A DNA stretch of 64,000 nucleotides from Gammaproteobacteria bacterium (GTDB taxonomy: Bacteria > Pseudomonadota > Gammaproteobacteria > Eutrophobiales > Eutrophobiaceae). The stretch's first letter is position 1. Every line of letters begins with the position of its first letter. Made by a program: the position numbers and the translations under genes. The notes under the pieces were generated by a model. That model saw only the letters and a program-made list of their open reading frames with translations. It searched no databases and was not told the DNA's origin. Positions 55,944 through 64,000 of the stretch are shown here, one piece after another. Where the stretch lies: the NCBI GenBank assembly GCA_965215365.1, contig CBDCDS010000003.1, positions 1,440,001-1,504,000 of the forward strand, in the 5' to 3' direction.

Positions 55944-57155
55944 ATGGAAAAAAAGGACAAGACCTTACCCATAGCAGAAGCTCTGCGCGAGTTCCTGCGC
56001 CTAGAGACGGCCGGCGGCGCGCTGCTGTTGGTGTCCGTCATTGTCGCAATGTTTGTGGCCAATTCGCCGCTGGCCAGCCTCTACAACTCGCTGGTGGATA
56101 TGACGGTGGCAGTGCAGGTTGGCGCCCTGGCCATCGACAAGCCGCTGCTGCTGTGGGTCAATGACGGTCTGATGGCCGTATTCTTTTTCCTGATAGGGCT
56201 GGAAATAAAACGCGAAATCATGGAAGGTGAGTTGTCGTCCATCGAACAGGTTGCCTTGCCCGGCATGGGCGCGCTGGGCGGCATGTTGGTCCCCGCAGCG
56301 ATCTATATCTGGCTCAACCGGGGGGATGCCATTGCGCTCGATGGCTGGGCGATCCCGGTGGCAACAGACATTGCGTTTGCGCTGGCCCTGCTGGGCTCGT
56401 TCGGCGCCCGCGTGCCCACTGCGCTCAAGGTGTTCCTGCTGACCCTGGCGATCCTGGATGATCTGGCGGCCATCACCATCATCGCGCTGTTCTATTCGGC
56501 AGACCTGTCCCCGACCATGCTTGGCATCGGCGCGGTGTTCCTGGTCATTGCCATCGCCATGAACCGCATGGGCGTCACCCGCACCTCAACTTATATCCTG
56601 CTCGGCGTCGCGCTGTGGGTAGCCGTGCTCAAATCAGGCGTCCATGCGACGCTGGCGGGCGTGCTCATTGCATTGTGCATACCGATACGTGATGAGCAGG
56701 GGAACTCGCCCCTGCGGGCGCTGGAGCATAACCTGCATGGCCCGGTTGCCTATATCATCCTGCCGGTATTTGCCTTCGTCAACGCCGGCCTGCCGTTGGC
56801 AGACATGTCGTTAAGCGACTTCACACACCCGGTCACCTTAGGTGTGATATCCGGTTTGGCGGTGGGAAAACCCGTCGGCATCCTGCTGTTCACAGGTCTG
56901 GCTGTCGCCCTGGGCATGGCGCGCCTGCCCAAAGGCGTGAATTGGGGTCAGCTGCTCGGCGCCGCCTGTGCCTGTGGCATCGGTTTTACCATGAGCCTGT
57001 TTATCGCCGGCCTGGCCTTTGAGCACGGCAGCGGCGATTACTTCAGCGGCGACCGCCTGGGCGTGATGGTGGGGTCGCTGCTATCCGCCGTAGCAGCTTA
57101 TGTGATACTCCGCTTCAGCTTGCCGAAGGCCGCTGCGGGCTCACAGAAAACGTGA
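55944..57155 (+). CDS. nhaA: Na+/H+ antiporter NhaA
   Basis: WVNDGLMA, ATDIAFA, LAILDD, CGIGFTMSLFI. Confidence 0.96.
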   Translation: MEKKDKTLPIAEALREFLRLETAGGALLLVSVIVAMFVANSPLASLYNSLVDMTVAVQVGALAIDKPLLLWVNDGLMAVFFFLIGLEIKREIMEGELSSIEQVALPGMGALGGMLVPAAIYIWLNRGDAIALDGWAIPVATDIAFALALLGSFGARVPTALKVFLLTLAILDDLAAITIIALFYSADLSPTMLGIGAVFLVIAIAMNRMGVTRTSTYILLGVALWVAVLKSGVHATLAGVLIALCIPIRDEQGNSPLRALEHNLHGPVAYIILPVFAFVNAGLPLADMSLSDFTHPVTLGVISGLAVGKPVGILLFTGLAVALGMARLPKGVNWGQLLGAACACGIGFTMSLFIAGLAFEHGSGDYFSGDRLGVMVGSLLSAVAAYVILRFSLPKAAAGSQKT

Positions 57156-57166
57156 CTGGCGCCGTT

Positions 57167-57649
57167 TTATCTTCCCGGCCATAGTCGTGGGTCAATTTGT
57201 GCGGGCGACGGGTCGTGAATAACGAGCATGGAAAATTCATTATGCTCCTGGTTGAAAAGCAGATTCGATTCAACAGGAGATACTGTGGAAGGTACGAATA
57301 ATACTGCGCTGTCGCATCGATCATACCAGTCGTCCCCAATGGCACGAGACCTCGTATAGTCGTTTGTGCCTCCCGGTGCAAAATCCATGTAGTCCAACTT
57401 TTCCTGTGAGACAGCATCCGGGATATCCACGGTTACGGTAACCAACGCAGGAGGCAGCGCACTGGTTTGCCAGTGGACAAGGTTTTCCAGTATCGCCAAA
57501 GAGTGGGTTTCGGCGGCATGTACGACCCGGCGTCCGGGACTGATCCAGCGGCTGCCGTAGCGGTAAGTCCCCAACCCATCAAAGGGTGGATATTTCGAGT
57601 TGACAATTCGATAAGCTCGGGTAAAAAACGTATCAGGCCGGGAGACCAT
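57167..57649 (-). CDS. RES-domain toxin
   Basis: AYRI, G..YGSRW, SLAILE.LVH, VPS, E.NLL.N..H; overlaps antitoxin end. Confidence 0.88.
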   Translation of the reverse strand: MVSRPDTFFTRAYRIVNSKYPPFDGLGTYRYGSRWISPGRRVVHAAETHSLAILENLVHWQTSALPPALVTVTVDIPDAVSQEKLDYMDFAPGGTNDYTRSRAIGDDWYDRCDSAVLFVPSTVSPVESNLLFNQEHNEFSMLVIHDPSPAQIDPRLWPGR

Positions 57650-58073
57650 GCAGGCCGCGCTCCATGACTTCTTCAACCTCACGACCGCCGATTTCAGTCA
57701 GCGCCATGTCAAAAGGTGTTTTACCGTCAAGTTCCGGGTGCGCGCTCATCATAAAGCGCGTCGCGGCAGCCTTGTCCTCAAATACAGACAACGCCAACGC
57801 GTACAAGCGCGCTAGGCGTTCTGTAGTCTCGCTAACCTGTTGGTTAAATCGGACTGCCTGCTGGTAGGTAGCACGCGGTACAATCCTGTTACGCAACCCG
57901 ATGGCCGTTTCACGATAAGGTTTTGCGCCTATGCGGGTAATAAAAGTATCCAGTGCAGTTTTTGGGATGCCCTCCTGTACAACCAAATCCAGTTCACGCA
58001 TGGTCTTTATCCGGCAACCAAGTACCCGCCGCCCGCCCAGTACTTCAGCAATTTGATGCGCAGATATGTTCAT
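57633..58073 (-). CDS. Xre/MbcA/ParS antitoxin
   Basis: IVPRATY, ERLARL, LDGKTPFDM, GGREVE..ERG.HG. Confidence 0.88.
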   Translation of the reverse strand: MNISAHQIAEVLGGRRVLGCRIKTMRELDLVVQEGIPKTALDTFITRIGAKPYRETAIGLRNRIVPRATYQQAVRFNQQVSETTERLARLYALALSVFEDKAAATRFMMSAHPELDGKTPFDMALTEIGGREVEEVMERGLHGLPA

Positions 58074-58081
58074 TTGAGACA

Positions 58082-58110
58082 AGTCTATGTGTAAAATAAG
58101 TCAAAGTCAA
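58082..58110 (-). promoter_or_regulatory. Sigma70 promoter of xre-res (near-leaderless)
   Basis: TTGACT-17nt-TAGACT, 8 nt before ATG at 58073. Confidence 0.65.
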
Positions 58111-58206
58111 GGATAAAGATTGCCAGAGTGCTCACGTTCGCTGGAATACGCAGTCTCAGGGCATGTCTCCCACCGGAGGCGCAAACGGATGTTGAATCGG
58201 CAGGCT

Positions 58207-58461
58207 TTATAATGCTACCACAGTTTCAGTATCCCCGGCCGCTAATGCGTTCATGTATGCCAGGATGAGGGCTTTAGTGCGGTAAGCGCCGAACTTTGCT
58301 TCGTCTTGCTTACGGACGATGGGGAAAGTGTCGAGTACGTAGCTTGCGTCTTGCCGGGTCAGGCCGTACAGGTGGAAGTACAACGCATCCAGGCGGGCGC
58401 GCAGGTGTCGGCGTTCTTCTTCATTCCAGGTAAACGGTAGTCCGTCATAGCCCAGGTCGCG
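58207..58461 (-). pseudogene. C-terminal remnant of a type IIG (Eco57I-like) R-M protein
   Basis: Start-less frame [49 protein letters not shown]...[11 protein letters not shown]. Confidence 0.75.
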
Positions 58462-58488
58462 GTCCTGCTCAACTTACTTCTGCACTGT

Positions 58489-59271
58489 TCAATAAGAATC
58501 AATATTTTGCCGGGCTATTTCTTTGAATTTCTTGGACAGCTTCTCCTTAAAGGTTTTCCCGACCTCATCAAATGTGTCCAGTAAGGCCGAAAAGGTGTTT
58601 TCGCCACCAATGTAATCCCAATATTCATCTCCGACCAAAAAGTCGTTAGGTGCATTCATCATCCCGACTTCCGTAAAACGGCTATATGGTTCGGGATAGT
58701 AAGGGTTATACGGAAATGCCAAGTAAACATTTACAGGCATTCTTCTCCTTGCAACCCATTCCAGTAGTTTTGTTTTACTCTTTTCGAAAACATCAATATT
58801 TGGTTTCACTGTTTTGATTTCAAAATAGTGCTCGTGCCCATCTCTTTTCATGTAGAAGTCAGCGATGTTGCCGGATTTTTGAAACCTGCCATTTTCAGAG
58901 GATGCTTTTAACACCTCACATTTTTCGCTGTTAATATCTGCAGATCGTTCTCTGTTTCTGAGTCCTGATACAATTCCCGATATGGTCGCTTTTTGTCCTT
59001 CCGAGATAACACCGCCCACTCCATAATTTCTGAAAGCTTCATCAGCAGTTTCTGATGCAATAATTACAGATACATCTTCATAGATGCTCATCCCGAGAGA
59101 TGTGGATATAGAATGAATAAACGAGTATGCAGCAATTTTTTCATTGTCTTGGATAAGTCTCGCCAAAAACGGCATTGATGTGGTTTCCCTACCGTATTGC
59201 TGTAGCTTCTTTTCTATCTTATCCGATAATAGCGCTTCAATTTTTTGTTTTTGGGTCTCTGATAACGGCAT
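58489..59271 (-). CDS. TdeIII/MjaII-family type II restriction endonuclease
   Basis: MPF..L, SFIHSISTSLGMSIYE, ADFY..FEIKTVKPN, AFPYNPY.PEPY.R; AT-rich. Confidence 0.8.
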   Translation of the reverse strand: MPLSETQKQKIEALLSDKIEKKLQQYGRETTSMPFLARLIQDNEKIAAYSFIHSISTSLGMSIYEDVSVIIASETADEAFRNYGVGGVISEGQKATISGIVSGLRNRERSADINSEKCEVLKASSENGRFQKSGNIADFYMKRDGHEHYFEIKTVKPNIDVFEKSKTKLLEWVARRRMPVNVYLAFPYNPYYPEPYSRFTEVGMMNAPNDFLVGDEYWDYIGGENTFSALLDTFDEVGKTFKEKLSKKFKEIARQNIDSY

Positions 59272-59544
59272 AATGGTTATCCGGGGGTGATGATTTGTCG
59301 GAGATTTTACTACATTGTGACCGGGTGCGGTTGAATATTACTGAGTTGACGGTGCGTTGGTTATGGTACAATCGTCAACGGCAATTCTCGTCAGGGAAAC
59401 ACGCTTGGCGATTCCGACGGGGGCGTAGGTGTTGGTTTGTTTTCCCGTTATTGTGCATTGATTTTAAGAATATTGAGAGCAAAACCAGGGAGGACAAAAG
59501 ATGAGTAGCTTACATGCTATTAAATCACTAACGGAGAGACAGAG

Positions 59545-61149
59545 ATGAGTCAACAGGTACTATTCAGGGAACAAGGTCAAGAGTTGGTCAACTTGAGGCA
59601 GGCAGCGGACTGGGCTGCCAACTACACTAACCACGATATAACCCCATCCAATATTTCATATCTGGTCCAGTATGGACGCGTAAAAAAGTATGAGGATAAG
59701 GGCGGCACCTTAATTGACAAGGAAGAGCTGAAATGTTATTACGACTCGTTCAATAGGGAACAACAATGGAAGGAGAAACTAGGCGATGACCTGAACTGGC
59801 GCCTGTCTTTTGTGGAATACAGAGAGAAGGAACGAACGAAACATGTTCACCGATTACATCCATATAAAGGGAAATTCATTCCCCAGCTGGTGGAGTATTT
59901 TCTCGACACACACACAGATGAATTCAAGAAGGAGCTTTATTTCCGTAAGGGTGATATCGTCTTAGACCCGTTTTGTGGAAGTGGTACAACTCTGGTACAA
60001 GCAAATGAACTGGGGCTCCATGCCGTTGGCACAGATATATCCCTGTTCAATTGCATGATTTCCAATACCAAAGTTGAACAGCACGATGTTCCTTTGCTCA
60101 GCCGCGCCATTCGCAGTTTGACTTCGAAATTGGAGGGTTTTCAGAAAGACAGCAACAGCCCCAGCTTCGAGCAACATCTCCTGTCGGAATTGGCAAGATT
60201 CAATGCTGAATTTTTTCCGTCACCAGATTATAAGCGCAGGGTTAGCACAAAAGAGATAGATGAGGCCAGCTTTGCCGCCGAAAGGGAAGAGAAATTTTTA
60301 TCCACCTACTATTCACTAACTGATAAATATCAAATCAAAATCAAGCAAGACGAGGGAGGCGCCTTTCTTGATAAATGGCTTTTGTATCCGGTCAGGGAGG
60401 AAGTGAATTTCCTGTTTGAAGAACTGAAAAAGTTTGAAAATACGAAGCTCAAGAAGATACTGGCAGTTATCCTGAGCAGGACTGTTCGTTCTTGCAGAGC
60501 TACAACGCATGCTGACCTTGGCACCTTAAAAGAACCTGTCACCACGACTTACTACTGTAAAAAACACGGGAAAATATGCAAGCCGATTTTCTCCATCGGT
60601 AGTTGGTGGAAAAGGTATTCCATTGATACGTTAAACCGGATCAGCGCATTCAATAAGCTGAGAACAGAGACACATCAATGTTGTTTGCAAGGGGATAGTA
60701 GAAACATTGATATATTCGGAGAGATGGATAAGAAAAATTCCGGTTTTGCGAAAATGCTCAGGCAAAATAAAATCAGCGGAATCTTCTCCAGTCCGCCCTA
60801 TGTGGGTCTTATTGATTACCATGAACAGCACGCATATGCCTATGAGTTGTTCGGATTCGATCGTTCTGATGAACTGGAAATCGGCCCCCTTTACAAAGGG
60901 CAAGGAAAAAAAGCCCGGGATTCTTACGCCAGAGGGATAGCTGAAGTACTAAACAACAGCCGACCCTATCTCCAAAAAGACTATGACATCTTTCTGGTAG
61001 CCAATGATAAGTACAATCTGTATCCGCAGATCGCTGGTTTGGCCGGCATGGAAATTGTCAACCGATTCAAACGTCCGGTACTGAACAGGGTGGAAAAGGA
61101 CCGGTCCAACGCATACTCGGAAATCATTTTTCATTTGAAGGAAAGATAA
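59545..61149 (+). CDS. DNA amino-methyltransferase (probably m4C) with N-terminal HTH-like region
   Basis: HPYKGKFIPQL, LDPFCGSGTT (motif I), FSSPPY (motif IV). Confidence 0.88.
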   Translation: MSQQVLFREQGQELVNLRQAADWAANYTNHDITPSNISYLVQYGRVKKYEDKGGTLIDKEELKCYYDSFNREQQWKEKLGDDLNWRLSFVEYREKERTKHVHRLHPYKGKFIPQLVEYFLDTHTDEFKKELYFRKGDIVLDPFCGSGTTLVQANELGLHAVGTDISLFNCMISNTKVEQHDVPLLSRAIRSLTSKLEGFQKDSNSPSFEQHLLSELARFNAEFFPSPDYKRRVSTKEIDEASFAAEREEKFLSTYYSLTDKYQIKIKQDEGGAFLDKWLLYPVREEVNFLFEELKKFENTKLKKILAVILSRTVRSCRATTHADLGTLKEPVTTTYYCKKHGKICKPIFSIGSWWKRYSIDTLNRISAFNKLRTETHQCCLQGDSRNIDIFGEMDKKNSGFAKMLRQNKISGIFSSPPYVGLIDYHEQHAYAYELFGFDRSDELEIGPLYKGQGKKARDSYARGIAEVLNNSRPYLQKDYDIFLVANDKYNLYPQIAGLAGMEIVNRFKRPVLNRVEKDRSNAYSEIIFHLKER

Positions 61150-61156
61150 AATACTG

Positions 61157-61280
61157 TTGACAGCAGGCCAACAAAAGATCATCAAGGAAATTATCAGGAA
61201 ATGTCTCAGGGACAAGTTTAAGAATTACGATCCGGAATCGAAACACACGCCTTTCCACTACCGACTGCTTGGTAAAGACT
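61157..61280 (+). pseudogene. Truncated second TdeIII-family endonuclease (N-terminal ~41 aa)
   Basis: CLRDKFKNYDPESKHTPFHYRLLGKD, then abrupt loss of similarity and rise in GC. Confidence 0.65.
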
Positions 61281-61282
61281 GC

Positions 61283-61366
61283 CGCGTGACTCACCGCATC
61301 CCGCCACTCCGGTGTCTGCCGTATGCCGTCGGTCAAAAAGTATTGTTTGAACAGCTGGCCGGTCAT
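61283..61366 (-). pseudogene. Probable N-terminal remnant of the type IIG R-M gene
   Basis: ATG 5 nt after the nth stop: MTGQLFKQYFLTDGIRQTPEWR; same strand as the C-terminal remnant. Confidence 0.5.
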
Positions 61367-61371
61367 TTCTA

Positions 61372-62022
61372 TCACTGCTGTTTGTCCCTGAAAAATGCCT
61401 TCTCTCCCCACTCACAAAGCTCAAAAATAATACACTCCCCACACTTGGGTTTGCGTGCGGTGCAGGTATAGCGGCCGTGCAGGATGAGCCAGTGGTGGGC
61501 GTCTTTTTTGTATTCTGCGGGGACCTGTATGAGCAGGCGTTGTTCGACTTCCAGGACGTTTTTTCCAGGCGCCAGACCGGTGCGGTTGGAGACCCGGAAG
61601 ATGTGGGTATCGACCGCGATGGTGGGTTGGCCGAAGGCGGTATTGAGGATGACGTTGGCGGTTTTTCTGCCGACGCCGGGGAGTTTTTCCAGGGCTTCAC
61701 GGTCGGCGGGCACCGCGCCGGCATGGTCGCGCAGCAGCAGGTGGCAGGTCTTGATGATATTTTCCGCCTTGGTGTTGAACAGGCCGATGGACTTGATGTG
61801 CTGCTTCAGCCCGGCCACGCCCTGGTCGATAAATTGCTGCGGCGTATTGGCTGCCCGAAACAGTCCTGCCGTGGCCTTGTTGACGCTGACATCAGTGGCC
61901 TGCGCCGACAGGATGACGGCTACCAGCAACTCGAACGGGTCGGAGTAATGAAGTTCCGTGGTGGGCGCCGGGTTGTGCCGGCGCAACAGCGAGAACATCT
62001 GCGCGCGTTGGGCTTTGTTCAA
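61372..62022 (-). CDS. nth: Endonuclease III
   Basis: LSAQATD, LPGVGRKTANV, VDTH, C-x6-C-x2-C-x5-C. Confidence 0.97.
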   Translation of the reverse strand: MNKAQRAQMFSLLRRHNPAPTTELHYSDPFELLVAVILSAQATDVSVNKATAGLFRAANTPQQFIDQGVAGLKQHIKSIGLFNTKAENIIKTCHLLLRDHAGAVPADREALEKLPGVGRKTANVILNTAFGQPTIAVDTHIFRVSNRTGLAPGKNVLEVEQRLLIQVPAEYKKDAHHWLILHGRYTCTARKPKCGECIIFELCEWGEKAFFRDKQQ

Positions 62023-62684
62023 GCGCCCGTCCTATGCGGCCAGGAAGCCCTGGCCGGTAGGCAATATGACCGCAAGGCCAGCAACAATCCGAACACCATA
62101 AAGGCGCCAGCGCCGGCGCCAAACAGGTGCAAACCGCCATCGAACAGGTGGATGGGTTGCAGGCCGTGCAACCCTTTTACCTGTGCCAGCAGCTGCACAT
62201 CCGTGAGCAGGCCGCCCCGCCCCGCCAGTTCCCGCACCAGGCCCGTTAGTGTCAGCAACACAAACCCGGCCAGGGCCGGGCGCAGGCAAACCGGCAGGCT
62301 GTTGCCGAGGCCCTGTCGTAACGGGGCGCGCTCGAGCTGCAACAGCAAGGTGGTATTCATTGCCAACAGGTACAGGTAGATGCCGAGCTGCTCTCTGAGC
62401 GCATAGCTCCAAGCTTGCAGCAGCAGCTCGATGACTGAGACCCAGGTTGCCGCAATCAGCAATACATATATCAGGCGGTAACGGCCCAGACCGTAACGGC
62501 TTGGTAACATACGCCCGGCGCCAGCTACGGTGAGCGCCGACAGCATCGACGTAGCCAGCAAAGCCAGTCCCATGCACAGGCCGCTGAGCAGGGTCGTGCA
62601 CACTGCCAGCAACGGTGTCAGCCCGACCAGGTTGAGCACGGCCGGCGGCAGAGACTTGCTTACCTCAGGATGCAGGTCACTCAT
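62019..62684 (-). CDS. rsxE: RnfE/RsxE-family membrane subunit, divergent
   Basis: GLTPLLAV, LIAATWV..ELLLQA, LGIYL.L..N, G.VRE, GAF..FG; precedes nth. Confidence 0.7.
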   Translation of the reverse strand: MSDLHPEVSKSLPPAVLNLVGLTPLLAVCTTLLSGLCMGLALLATSMLSALTVAGAGRMLPSRYGLGRYRLIYVLLIAATWVSVIELLLQAWSYALREQLGIYLYLLAMNTTLLLQLERAPLRQGLGNSLPVCLRPALAGFVLLTLTGLVRELAGRGGLLTDVQLLAQVKGLHGLQPIHLFDGGLHLFGAGAGAFMVFGLLLALRSYCLPARASWPHRTGA

Positions 62685-63290
62685 TCATGCGCGCGCAATG
62701 GCGTCCTCAATCTCAGCTTCCAAACTCATCAGGCCGGTCTTGATCAATTCCAGGCGCGCGGCTGCATCGTCTGTCTCCAGCAGTTCCTGTTTTGCATCTT
62801 TCGCAAACGGCAGAAATTCCGCCAGCCGATAACTGAGCAACATCGGACTCACTGCGGCATGATCTTCGTGGTTATACAAGGTCTCATAATTTTCCATCAG
62901 ATGCAGGTATAAGTCTTTGAGCTGACCGTATTCTTCCGGGTAGGTGCCGGATTGTTCGGCAGTGACCCAGACTACCTCTCCGGTGAGCAGGTTATTGTCG
63001 CGCCGCGCGGTTTGCAGCACCTTGAAGCGTTTTTTGCCTTGCACGGTGATGCCCAACAGCCCATCGGCCTGCCGTGAAAAATCAATGATTTCCGCATAAG
63101 TGCCGATATCAAAGCAGGAGGCCGCCGCACTGGTTTCCGAACCCGGCCTGAGCAGGCAGACTCCAAACCCGCTACCGGTTTTCATACACTCGCTGACCAT
63201 ATCAAGGTAACGCGGCTCGAAGATGCGCAACGGCATGCGTCCATGGGGATATAAAACCGTGTTCAGAGGAAACAGGGGAATATTTTGCAT
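62685..63290 (-). CDS. LON peptidase substrate-binding domain protein
   Basis: IPLFPLNTVLYP, LRIFEPRYLDMV, KQELLE. Confidence 0.9.
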   Translation of the reverse strand: MQNIPLFPLNTVLYPHGRMPLRIFEPRYLDMVSECMKTGSGFGVCLLRPGSETSAAASCFDIGTYAEIIDFSRQADGLLGITVQGKKRFKVLQTARRDNNLLTGEVVWVTAEQSGTYPEEYGQLKDLYLHLMENYETLYNHEDHAAVSPMLLSYRLAEFLPFAKDAKQELLETDDAAARLELIKTGLMSLEAEIEDAIARA

Positions 63291-64000
63291 CAGTCTGACA
63301 GTCTCTCCGGCAGGCGTTGGTAAATTCTATCAAATCCGCCATTACTCATGATCAGAATGTGCGCGCCGGGCTTGCCAATCTGTCGCAGATACTCCACGAT
63401 AGTTGCCACCTCAGGAAACAGGCGCAACCGATCGCCCAGGCTGCGCAGGCTGGCGCGCAAGTCCCAGGTCAGCCCCGGTGGCTCCAGCACACAGACCTGA
63501 TCTGCCTCATGCAGGGCGCCGGCCAGGGTATGTTTATGTATTCCCGCTTTCATGGTGTTGGAGCGCAACTCCAGCACCGCGATAAGAGGCTGGCCGCCGA
63601 TGCGACCCCGCAACGCCTGCAAGGCCGATTTGATGGCAGTCGGATGGTGCGCAAAGTCATCATATACCGAAATGCCGTTCACTGTCGCCAGCAATTGCAA
63701 ACGGCGTTTGACACTGTTGAACCCGGACAGGCTGGCACAGCCCTGCGTTATCGGGATACCGGCCTGCTGCGCGGCCAGCAGGGCGGCCAGGGCGTTGTCG
63801 GCATTATGTTGACCAAACAGAGACCAGCGCACCTTGCCAATTTCCCGGGGGGGCGCTTCCCGGTCGGCGTGAATGACCTGAAATTCGGTATAGTCAGCGG
63901 TGTGCGGTACGGTATGCCAGGCAGCAGACGCATTTCCGAACCGGGTCAGCGGCGACCAGATTCCCATTTCCAGCAGGGTATTGATAGGGGCGTTGCCGTC
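63290..64000 (-). CDS. mpl: Murein peptide ligase Mpl, 5'-truncated by window edge
   Basis: GQHNADNA, VKRRL, YDDFAHHPTAI, RSNTMK, MSNGGF. Confidence 0.93.
   Translation of the reverse strand, partial: DGNAPINTLLEMGIWSPLTRFGNASAAWHTVPHTADYTEFQVIHADREAPPREIGKVRWSLFGQHNADNALAALLAAQQAGIPITQGCASLSGFNSVKRRLQLLATVNGISVYDDFAHHPTAIKSALQALRGRIGGQPLIAVLELRSNTMKAGIHKHTLAGALHEADQVCVLEPPGLTWDLRASLRSLGDRLRLFPEVATIVEYLRQIGKPGAHILIMSNGGFDRIYQRLPERLSD

Noticed and set aside
58461-58465. GGTCC (GGNCC) exactly at the R-M island junction, suggesting cleavage-mediated insertion
   Set aside because: A 4-base-specific site is very frequent at this GC content and there is no counterpart at the other junction
59295-59504. 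Possible R-M controller (C) protein
   Set aside because: TTG start and no HTH pattern; probably divergent promoter DNA

Overview
GC-rich gammaproteobacterial chromosome segment, mostly housekeeping genes. These include lptD-surA-pdxA-rsmA, a TRAP membrane pair, aroE, a sigma54/NtrC-type porin-amtB-glnK unit, apaGH, hemF, hisBH, purHD-fis, accBC-aroQ, dsbD-cutA, tRNA-Tyr/Gly/Thr-tuf-tRNA-Trp-secE-nusG-rplKAJL-rpoBC, prmB, htpG, mutS, fdxA, nhaA, nth, a lone rnfE and mpl. Accessory material is interspersed. (1) At least three families of non-autonomous repeats occur with no transposase in the window: a 245-bp TA-flanked element with a long covarying internal hairpin, IS5-like ends with YTAR targets (two ~150-bp copies bracket the tRNA cluster in inverted orientation), and a ~54-bp repeat. 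They are nested in one another and supply start codons, stop codons and C-termini to core genes. (2) A dCTP-deaminase/dUTPase-fold gene lacks the catalytic Glu, carries a coiled coil plus membrane anchor, and is coupled to what looks like a collapsed vapBC remnant. (3) A stand-alone AAA_14-wHTH-nuclease gene has its own operator. (4) A four-gene metabolic islet follows rpoC (TdnQ-like glutamyl ligase, deacetylase, homocitrate/isopropylmalate synthase-like, PanE-like). (5) A defence slot holds Xre-RES and a TdeIII/MjaII-type R-M system that appears to have replaced the middle of a type IIG R-M gene. All product calls come from motif recognition by eye; no searches were run.
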